The position numbers were made by a program, and so were the translations under genes. 64,000 nucleotides of DNA from Eledone cirrhosa (taxonomy: Eukaryota), in contig OZ024740.1 in NCBI GenBank assembly GCA_964016885.1, positions 1,426,001 to 1,490,000 of the forward strand, given 5' to 3'. Shown piece after piece: positions 43,001 to 52,499 of this stretch (positions within the stretch are counted from its first letter, which is position 1; every line of letters starts with the position of its first letter). The notes beneath the pieces were generated by a model. It saw only the letters and a list, made by a program, of their open reading frames with translations, made no database searches and was not told the DNA's origin.

Positions 43001-44516
43001 TGTGTGTACTGCACCTTACCACTACGTGAGTTGTGTGTGTACTGCACCTTACCACTACGTGAGATGTGTGTGTATTGCACCTACCACTACGTGAGATGTA
43101 TGTGTACTGCACCTTACCACTACTTGAGATGTGTGTACTGCACCTTACCACTACGTGAGATGTTTGTGTACTGCACCTTACCACTACGTGAGATGTGTGT
43201 ACTGCACCTTACCACTACGTGAGATGTGTGTGTACTGCAGCTTACCACTACTTGAGATGTGTGTACTGCACCTTACCACTATGTGAGATGTGTGTGTACT
43301 GCACCTTACCACTATGTGAGATGTGTGTGTACTGCACCTTACCACTACGTGAGATGTGTGTACTGCACCTTACCACTATGTGAGATGTGTGTGTAATGCA
43401 CCTTACCACTACGTGAGATGTGTGTGTACTGCACCTTACCACTACGTGAGATGTGTGTACTGCACCTTACTACTACGTGAGATGTGTGTGTACTGCAACT
43501 TACCACTACGTTAGATGTATGTACTGCACCTTACCACTACGTGAGATGTGTGTGTACTGCACCTTACCACTATGTGAGATGTGTGTGTACTGCACCTTAC
43601 CACTACGTGAGATGTGTGTACTGCACCTTACCACTACGTGAGATGTGTGTGTACTGCACCTTAACACTACGTGAGATGTGTGTGTACTGCACCTTACCAC
43701 TACGTGAGATGTGTGTGCACTGCACCTTACCACTACGTGGTATGTGTGTACTGCACCTTACCACTACATGAGATGTATGTGTACTGCACCTTACCACTAC
43801 GTGAGATGTGTGTGTACTGCACCTTACCACTACGTGAGATGTGTGTACTGCACCTTACCACTACGTGAGATGTGTGTGTACTGCAGCTTACCACTACGTG
43901 AGATGTGTGTGTACTGCACCTTACCACTACGTGAGATGTTTGTGTACTGCACCTTACCACTACGTGAGATGTGTGTACTGCACCTTACCACTACGTGAGA
44001 TGTGTGTGTACTGCACCTTACCACTACGTGAGATGTGTGTACTGCACCTTACCACTACGTGAGATGTGTGTGTTCTGCAGCTTACCACTACATGAGATGT
44101 TTGTGTACTGCACCTTACCACTACGTGAGATGTATGTGTACTGCACTTTACCACTACGTGAGATGTGTGTACTGCAGCTTACCAATACGTGAGATGTTTG
44201 TGTACTGCACCTTACCACTATGTGATATGTGTGTGTACTGCACCTTACCACTACGTGAGATGTGTGTGTACTGCACCTTACAACTACGTGAGATGTGTGT
44301 GTACTGCACCTTACCACTACGTGAGATGTGTGTACTGCACCTTACCACTACATGAGATGTGTGTGTACTGCAACTTACCACTACGTGAGATGTGTGTGTA
44401 CTGCACCTTACCACTACGTGAGATGTGTGTGTACTGCACCTTACCACTACGTGAGATGTGTGTGTACTGCACCTTACCACTACGTGAGATGTGTGTGTAC
44501 TGCACCTTACCACTAC
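37070..44516. repeat. 33-bp tandem minisatellite, about 230 copies with 30-33 bp variants
   Basis: Unit GTGAGATGTGTGTGTACTGCACCTTACCACTAC. Length variants arise mainly from internal (TG)n slippage. Confidence 0.99.
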
Positions 44517-44604
44517 ACACAATCATTTTCATTATTATTTATTTATTTAAAAAATATTTATTTATTTATTTTTAAAATAATTTTCATTATAATTTATTGT
44601 TGTC

Positions 44605-45355
44605 GGTGGATTGGCAGTATAGGTAGAGGGTCTGACACCATGCTAGGTGGTGGACTGGCAGTATAGGTAGGGGGTCTGACACCATGTTAGGTGGTGGATT
44701 GGTAGTATTGGTAGTGGGTCTGACACCATGTTAGGTTGGTGGATTGGCAGTATTGGTAGAGGGTCTGACACCATGTTAGGGTGGTGGATTAGTAGTATTG
44801 GTAGAGGGTCTGACACCATGTTAGGGTGGTGGATTGGTAGTATTGGTAGAGGGTCTGACACCATGTTAGGGTGGTGGATTAGTAGTATTGGTAGAGGGTC
44901 TGACACCATGGTAGGGTGGTGGATTGGCAGTATTGGTAGAGGGTCTGACACCATGCTAGGGTCGTGGATTGGTAGTATTGGTAGAAGGTCTGACACCATG
45001 GTACGTGATGGATTGGTAGTATTGGTAGAGGGTCTGACACCATGGTAGGTGGTGGATTCGTAGTATTGGTAGAGGGTCTGACACCATATTAGGTGGTGGA
45101 TAGGTAGTATTGGTAGAGGGTCTGACGCCATGTTAGGGTGGTGGATTGGCAGTATTGGTAGAGGGTCTGACACCATGGTAGGGTGGTGGATTGGCAGTAT
45201 TGGTAGAGGGTCTGACGCCATGTTAGGTGGTGGATTGGTAGTATAGGTAGAGGGTCTGACACCATGGTAGGGTGGTGGATTGGCAGTATTATTAGAGGGT
45301 CTGACGCCATGTTAGGGTGGTGGATTGGCAGTATCGGTAGAGGGTCAGATGCCAT
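44605..45355. repeat. 44-45-bp minisatellite, about 17 copies, derived from a SINE head
   Basis: Unit GGTGGATTGGCAGTATTGGTAGAGGGTCTGACACCATGTTAGGGT matches the SINE 5' end at 47322. Confidence 0.92.
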
Positions 45356-45500
45356 GCTTTTGCATAGAGTTACGGTCCTTGCTATTCTGAGTTCAAATCC
45401 CGCCGAGGTTTACTTTGCCTTTCATCCTTGCGGGGTCGATAAAATAAAGTACCAGTAATGTACTGGGTGATTGCTGGCCTTGTGCCTAATGTAGAAACAA
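45320..45500 (+). mobile_element. SINE, Nin/Deu-domain-like family
   Basis: GAGTTCAAATCCC B-box and GCCTTTCATCCTTGCGGGGTCGATAAAATAAAGTACCAG core. Confidence 0.75.
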
Positions 45501-45654
45501 TTATAATTTATTGTTGTTTTTATTTTTAACATTGTTAAAATTTGTTTACATGTAAAACCCACCAACACACACGCATGTACACACACTCTATGTTTTCATC
45601 CTGTACTATCATAATGTTTTTCTTGATGTAAACCTTTTGTGGTTAATAAAGAAG

Positions 45655-46372
45655 TCATCATCATCATCGTCATTTTACGTTCGCTTTTCCCTGCTTGCAA
45701 CGGTTGGATCGGTCCTATACAGCAAAGCATCTCTCCACTTGTCACAGTCCTTCGTCATCTCCTCTGTGAGCTTCAGCGATCTGAGGTCTGCTCTCACCAC
45801 CTCTACCCATGTTTTACGTGGTCTACCTCTACTGGGATTTCTTGGCACTTCTTTACCCAGTAGTCATCTGTCCATACCATCTCAGTCTTCTCTCCCCCAC
45901 ACCACAACTTATCCCTCTTATACCCAGTTTCTCTCTCAACTCATCATATGTCCATACCATCTCAATCTTCTCTCCCGCACACCACATCTTATCCCTCTTA
46001 TACCCAGTTTGTTTCTCAACTCATCACATGTCCATACCATCTCAGTCTTCTCTCCCCAACACCACAACTTATCCCTCTTATACCCAGTTTCTTTTTCAAC
46101 TCATCACATGTCCATACCATCTCAGTCTTCTCTCCCCAACACCACAACTTATCCCTCTTATACCCAGTTTCTCTCTCAATTCATCACATGACCATACCAT
46201 CTCAGTCTTCTCTCCCGCACACCAGAACTTATCCCTCTTATACTCAGTTTCTTTCTCAACTCATCACATGACCATACCATCTCAGTCTTCTCTCCTGCAC
46301 ACCACAACTTACTCCTCTTATACCCAGTTTCTCTCTCAACTCGTCTATGCTTCGTCGTTCACGCACATTGAC
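45655..46372 (-). mobile_element. RTE LINE 3' fragment with an internal 80-bp tandem repeat (about 6 copies)
   Basis: Minus strand reads ELREKLGIRGVSCGVQERRLRWYGHV. ATCCCTCTTA recurs at 45911, 45991, 46071, 46151 and 46231. (CAT)n tail at 45655. Confidence 0.85.
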
Positions 46373-46387
46373 ATTATTATTATTATT

Positions 46388-47128
46388 CAGAAGTGCTGTC
46401 AGACGGACCTGCCCGAGATGCGCACAGAGCGATGAAACCGTTCTGCATGCACTCGTCCAGTGTCCGTGCATTACTGACTTGTGGAGTTATGTAGAACAGC
46501 TATTGTCGCGTGTAGAACAGATCCAGCTATCAGCCGAGTCCATAGTGAAGATCGACCCGCCACCTTCCTTTGGTCAGGAAGAGCAGGCAATTTTCCTCTG
46601 TCTGGTGGCAGTAGCAAAAGAGGTTATATGGTGGCCCAGATTAAAAGGACTGAAGACAGACACTTTTCTCTTCGGCCAATCCCTCATCAACTTCTTCAAG
46701 TTTCACCTGGAAAGGAAGGTGAGGGTGGAGAGAGAAGTGCTGCCCCCCAGTACATTTGCTAAAAGGTGGGTGAATGTGGCGAGAATGGCCTGTGTGAATG
46801 GGCCTACTCGGACCATGCGCCTATAGGCTAGCTAATTTGAGGAGGAGAGGGGTGCTATCCCCGGGTGCCCTAGAAGTGCAGGGTGGTTCAGGATTGGTGT
46901 GGTACCTGAATCATCCCTGGGTCGTTCACTCCCTATAGGGGAATTTATTTTGTTATATTTATGCATAGTTTATTTTATATTTTTGATATCTTCATTGTTA
47001 AATTAGTCTTGCCATTGTGCACTTTTGCTCGACCTTATTGTAAACCCCCACTGTCCCTGTCTTTGTATTGTCCCCTACATGTCGGCCCTTGTGGCTAATA
47101 AATGAAATCATTATTATTATTATTATTA
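46388..47128 (+). mobile_element. Tx1/L1-clade LINE 3' fragment
   Basis: CPRCAQSDETVLHALVQCP..W is a zf-RVT-type CCHC motif. Stop at 46826, then 3' UTR, AATAAA and an (ATT)n tail. Confidence 0.8.
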
Positions 47129-47132
47129 TCTT

Positions 47133-47505
47133 CGCAGCATAAAGTTACGGGACTTCACGTTCTGAGTCCAAATCCCACCGAGTTTAACTTTGCCTTTCAT
47201 CTTTACAGGGTCGATAAAATAAAGTACCAGTAATACACTGGGGTCGATTTAATCGACTTTCCCCTCCCCTTCAAATTGTTAGTCTTGTGCCTAAAGTAGA
47301 AACAATTATTATTATTATTAAGGTGGATTGGCAGTATCGGTAGAGGGTTGGACGCCATGCTTTGACGCATAGAGTTACGGCCCTTGCCATTCTGAGTTCA
47401 AATCTCGCCGAGGTTAACTTTGCCTTTCATCCTTACGGGGTCGATAAAATAAAGTACCAGTAATGCACTGGGTAATTGCTGGCTTTGTGCCAAAAGTAGA
47501 AACAA
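47133..47505 (+). mobile_element. two tandem Nin/Deu-like SINE copies
   Basis: Core GCCTTTCATC..GGGGTCGATAAAATAAAGTACCAG occurs twice, each followed by an (ATT)n tail. Confidence 0.75.
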
Positions 47506-47587
47506 TTATTATTATTATTATTATTATTGTTATTTATTTATTTTTGAAAATTCTTCTAACTCAGAAAACAGACAAACAAAACAACAA

Positions 47588-47815
47588 CTGTTTCTACTTT
47601 TGGCACAAGGTCAATAATTTGAAGTGGAAGGGGGAGTCGACCAAATTGACCTCTTTCCCCCAGTGTATTACTGGTACTTTAGTTTATTAACCCCTGTAAG
47701 GATGAAAGGCAATGTTAACCACGGAGGGATGTGAAATCAGAATGTAAAGGGATATAACTCTATGCCGCAAAACATGTCCGATGATCTACTGATTCTTCCA
47801 ATCCACCGCCCTTAC
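47588..47815 (-). mobile_element. Nin/Deu-like SINE, minus strand
   Basis: CTGGTACTTTA...GGATGAAAGGCAA is the reverse complement of the SINE core. Confidence 0.7.
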
Positions 47816-47837
47816 AGCAACAACAACAATAATCTAT

Positions 47838-49100
47838 CTAGGGCGGGTAACATTCCCGAGATCCATGGACGAGTTCTCTCCAGCGGTCTCTGTCCCTCAT
47901 TATCGCTGCCATGTCCTGCGTCTCCAACAGACCAGTGTCTGTCCTTAGGATATCAACATACTTTAACCTCGGTCTTCCTCTTCCAGTGTGTGCATGTAGG
48001 GGCTCCCACAGGAGCACTGAGTGCAATGTCAACTCTGGATGTCGGTGACCATGTCCAGCTAACCTCAGTCTCCTCTGTGTCACTTTTGAGCTGACTTTTG
48101 GGAAGCTCCCATACAGCTCTGAGTTCTTCATCCTCAGTGAATACTGATTAATGTTCAGAGCCATCTTCAGCATTCTCGTGTAGAACCCATCCACCATCTG
48201 AGTGAGTTTCTTGGTCCAAGTCTCAAGCCCATACAGTAGCACAGACTCCACTGTAGCAATGAAGAGATGGGTCATCAGGTCCTTAGGAAGGTCCAACTTC
48301 CACACGAATCTAAAACTGTGGCACACCATCCAGGCTTTGCTCTCCCTCTCAACCAGATCATCCTCTATATTCCCAATCTTTGCTCCCCGATACAGGAAGT
48401 CCTCAACCAACTCTAGCGGCTTCCTGCCTACATTCATAATCTTCTCCGGCTTCTTAATGTTCTTCACCTTCTGCATCAAATCCTCTGCCTCCTTCACTGT
48501 GTTTGTCACCAGAACTATGTTGTTAACAAATTCAGCATCTGATATCTTTTTAGCCTTAACTCTCCTACTCTGAGCCGGTTTTACAGTAAAGCCCAAGTCC
48601 TGGTGTTTCTCCATTACAAGGCACATACAATAGTCCACTGCAATGATAAAAAGGTAGGGAGCCAATGTATCTCCCTGGAGCACTCCAGCCAGCATCTCAA
48701 AGAACTCCATCATCCCATCAGGTGTAATGACTTGGGCTTTGGTCTTGGTGTAGAGCAGTGATATCAGGTCCACTATCCTCTTGGGGATTCCATAAGCCTG
48801 TAAGATCTTCATCAGGCAGTGACAGTCTACAGAATCAAAGGCCCTCCTAAAGTCAATGAAAACCATGACCGCAGGAAGGCTCTTTGCTCTAGCTCCCTCT
48901 AATATCCTCCTCAGGATGTGACTGGTGGTTGATCTTCCCCCTCTGAAGCTATTCTGGTTGTCCCTGAGCTTCTCCATCTCAAGCTGGATCCTGTTAAGAA
49001 TCATCCTGTTGAGGGTCTTTGCCACAAGTGACGTCAGTGAGATCCCCCTGTAGTTGTTGGTGTTAGAGAGATCTCCCTTCTTTGGCACTGGGAGGAGGTT
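47838..49100 (-). mobile_element. 5'-truncated RTE-like LINE with a degenerate reverse transcriptase ORF (416 aa)
   Basis: Motifs PKKGDL..NYRGISL, FIDFRRAFDSV, GVLQGDTLAPYLF and RRLRLAGH..GRPR. The catalytic YADD is replaced by FVNN. Confidence 0.9.
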
Positions 49101-49232
49101 ACTGATCCTCCACTGATTCGGGGCAACTCCTTTCTCCAGTGCCAGTACTCCAGGATATCATGATTGATGACAACAACAATAATAGAAAAATATGGAGGCA
49201 ATATTATATTGCAATATTTCTTTTTAATGTGA

Positions 49233-49270
<38 letters not shown>

Positions 49271-49272
<2 letters not shown>

Positions 49273-49603
49273 TCATCATCATCATCATTTTAGGTCCGCT
49301 TTTCCCTGCTTGCAAGGGTGGGACGAGAACTGATTCTCGCCTGATTTCTACAGCTGGATGCCCTTCCTAACACCAACCTCATTTACAGTGAGTGCTGGGT
49401 GCTTTTTTTGCTGTGGCACCTCCACGACCACTTGCATGATAGGGACCCCAGTCCCTATCATCTCATTTCTACAGCTGAGTAATCTGGAGCAATGTGAAAT
49501 AAAGTGTCTTGCTCAAGGAAACAACACATCACCCGGTCTGAGAATTGAACTCACAACCTTTTGATTGCAAGGCCAATGCTCTAACCACTAAGCCATGTGC
49601 CTC
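49271..49603 (-). mobile_element. tRNA-derived SINE with an RTE-like tail
   Basis: Minus-strand GGCACATGGCTTAGTGGTTAGAGC..GAGTTCAATTC head. Shares GGATGCCCTTCCTAACACCAACC with the RTE 3' UTR and ends in (ATG)n. Confidence 0.8.
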
Positions 49604-49935
49604 GGGCTTAGTGGTTAGAGCATTGACCTTGCAATCGAAAGGTTGTGAGTTCAATTCTCATACTGGGTGATGTGTTGTTTCCTTGAGCAAGACACTTTAT
49701 TTCACATTGCTCCAGTTTACTCAGCTGTAGAAATGATAGGGACTGGGGCCCATATCATTCCACTGCAAAGTGGTCGTGGAGGTGCCATGGCAAAAAAGCA
49801 CCCAGCACTCACTGTAAATGAGGTTGGTGTTAGGAAGGGCATCCAGCTGTAGAAATCAAGCCAGAATCAGTTCCCGTCCCACCCTTGCAAGCAGGGAAAA
49901 GTGGACATAAAATGAAATGATGATGAAATGATGAT
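49604..49935 (+). mobile_element. tRNA-derived SINE with an RTE-like tail, head-to-head with the previous copy
   Basis: Near reverse complement of 49271-49603. Confidence 0.8.
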
Positions 49936-50889
49936 ATATATCCTAAATGGACGGTAGTCCGTTTAGTAATATTGTTGTGGTCGTGTTTTCATTGGCAATC
50001 GTCTGTTTACGACAGTACAGCGCGGCTCTACTTTATTTAACTGAGATAAAACTTATATGAGCATGAACAGTAGAACATTACGCATCTTTTGGCTTAAAAA
50101 TCTAGAAATTTGGTCCAGCGGGAAAAAGTTTATAATCAAAGTTTGCTGATAAATCTTGTGTTCAAGTGAGTGAGTAGTAAGCGTGACGCTAGGGGAGGTA
50201 ATCCAGAAATGACGAATTATTTTCGGCGGAACTCTTGTGATTGTGATTACGTTAGTCAAATGTAGTCAAATCGCCGAATCCCCTCCTCCTAATTGACTAC
50301 GTCATTTCTAACGGCCCTACTTGCGTCAGTGTGAAACATTACTTCACTTTTCACTGCTAAAATGCTTTTTAAATACTTCGTTAAAAATTTATGTTTATTA
50401 TCAAAGCTATTTTTTGTACCAATCTATCAATAGTTTGCGAAAATATAGGTAAACATGTGAATTACATTTTTTTTAATCTCATCGATCGCTTTGTCGCACC
50501 GACTGTGACACTGTCTGCTGTCTGTCTGACTGACACCTTTGTCGGACCGACACCTCTGTTCAAGCGGACAACTTTGTGTCACTGACACCTTTGTTCGTGC
50601 CGGCATCTCTGCAAAACACCGATGACAACAACCAGACCAAAATTTCACTTCATTCTTCATTCTTCTTCAAGACCGATCGCCGACCGATCGTATCGGTTAC
50701 TCTTCATATACCAGGTATTCAACAGATAGTTTGCACTTCTAGTATTATTAAGAGTCGTGCGATTTTTTGTACCGATAGGTGTGAATAGTGCGCTATATTT
50801 TTGTACCGATAGGTGCGAATAGTGCGATAGGTGTGAATGGTGTACAATATTTTCTGAGATTTGCATCCACTAATTTCGCTTAATTAAAA

Positions 50890-51685
50890 ATGATGTTTCG
50901 CGGCTTTTTGATCGGCTTATTCATTTTTTCCATGGCACGGAAATGGAGTATTTCCATTTCGAATCAAAACTTTTCACTAAAATCGAGCAATTGGACTGAT
51001 CAAATTCACATTCATGCCAGTTTTTACAAATCCATAATTAGAAATGTGGCGAAATCGAATGACCAGAAGGTATAAAAATATTAATTCAAATGTATTTACT
51101 TATCATACCAACAAAAATACTTAGATATTTTGTATACCTGGGGCCCGTCAGGGCCAGGTAATGTTAATCGCCAACATTGTTATCTGTTGTCCTTTTGTGA
51201 AAGTATTGGTGGTTCATGTCGGCTCTAATGATCTGAATCCTCGTCGCACCGTTGGCACTACAAAGCTGTGCAAAGTAATACAATAATTTTTGCCCAAGTA
51301 TTTTTTATTAATCATTTATTTGTAAATTAAGGACAAAGTGCCCATTCGAGGCACAAAACCGGAAAAACAGGGGAAGAGTCTCTTTGCAAGGCTACAGAAA
51401 ATAGCGGAAAAGCACCACTGTACACCCATTTTCTACTGTGGTGTCATTCCACGTCCACAAAGTGTAATTGAAAATAAAAATGACTTGGGCAAGAGAAATT
51501 CTCGTTTGGAAAAGTTTAATTACTGCATGAAAGAAATGATTCAAAAATTGAACTTGCCCAATCTTCACAACATTGAAAATTGGTCAAAATTTGACAAATC
51601 TGACTTCAAACCAGATATGATTCATTTGAACAATGTTGGAAATCTTAAATTGACACAAATTTTTGCCAATGTTTTTGCCACCTGA
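50890..51685 (+). CDS. spliced SGNH/GDSL hydrolase-like gene (exons 50890-51069, 51125-51274, 51332-51685; about 227 aa)
   Basis: Two phase-0 GT-AG introns (55 and 57 nt) join SIIRNV (block I-like), IPGA (block II), VVHVGSNDL (block III), GVIPR and PDMIHLNNVG (block V DxxH). AATAAA at about 51723. Confidence 0.75.
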
Positions 51686-51865
51686 TCCTTGTTCTATGGC
51701 TGACTGACTAATTTTGTGACTTAATAAAATGTCATCATACTAGTAATGCACAATGGTCATTTTTAAATTTAAATTTTATTAAATAGTTGTTGCTTGCATT
51801 GCCTTAAAATAGTAACAAGAATGTACACATACTTTTTAAAAATACATCATTATCAGTCAAATCAG

Positions 51866-52225
51866 TCAAATGTCACTAAAAGCCAGGTGGTCGATAACAA
51901 CTTCTATAAGATTAGTTACATGCTCACACATTGGATCACCTCTCATCAATGGCATTGGGTGTCTGAGATAATCGTGGAGATAACTGATGAAATCACAAAT
52001 GAAGTGATGGTCTTCCAGTGTGAACAACTCCCTATATCCATTGATATATGTGATGTCTTCCGATTCATAGGTGCATTTTATGAGGAACTCCATGCATCCG
52101 ATTTTCAGTGATTCAATGGGCATTTTATCAGAGTTGATAAGGTATTTGATGACGTTTTGCTTTGTAAATAAATTGGAGAAAATCACTGCAGTCAAAGTCA
52201 TTTCTTTGCATGGGTTTTTGTCCAT
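51866..52225 (-). CDS. orphan ORF of 119 aa (MDKNPCKEMT...HLAFSDI)
   Basis: Non-repetitive open frame. A 44-nt GTAAGT...TTTTAG intron (52270-52227) ends just before the ATG. Minus-strand AATAAA at about 51775-51780. Confidence 0.5.
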   Translation of the reverse strand: MDKNPCKEMTLTAVIFSNLFTKQNVIKYLINSDKMPIESLKIGCMEFLIKCTYESEDITYINGYRELFTLEDHHFICDFISYLHDYLRHPMPLMRGDPMCEHVTNLIEVVIDHLAFSDI

Positions 52226-52499
52226 TCTAAAAAAGTTAAAATGATAAAGTATTACTACTATATAACTTACATCTATTGTTGTAACACCATTGAAATGCAC
52301 AAGTTTCACCAATTCACTATTATGCACTAATCATCTCAAATGCATTCATGATTTACTAGCTTTGTCATTAAGCCAGTTGCCTCAACTAGATTGCAATTAT
52401 ACTCAAAAGAACTTTAAAATGTCAATCACTTGTCAGTAATTCACTATGATCATTTAATTATTAGATAGTTGTTGCTTGCATTGCCTTAAAAAATAGTAG

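Noticed and set aside
37065-44666. Dozens of Cys/His-rich repetitive ORFs on both strands
   Set aside because: They are translations of the 33-bp minisatellite, with frames switching at each length variant.
44643-45458. PLPILPIHHP and GWWIGSIGRG repeat proteins
   Set aside because: They are translations of the SINE-derived 45-bp minisatellite.
51158-51203. Extra intron at CAG|GTAATG within SGNH exon 2
   Set aside because: Splicing to the next AG would shift the frame. The unspliced spacing from PGA to HVGSND already fits the SGNH pattern.
51980-52010. CTGATGA as a second hammerhead core
   Set aside because: No stem II, GAAA or stem I/III pairing follows, and it lies inside the orphan ORF.
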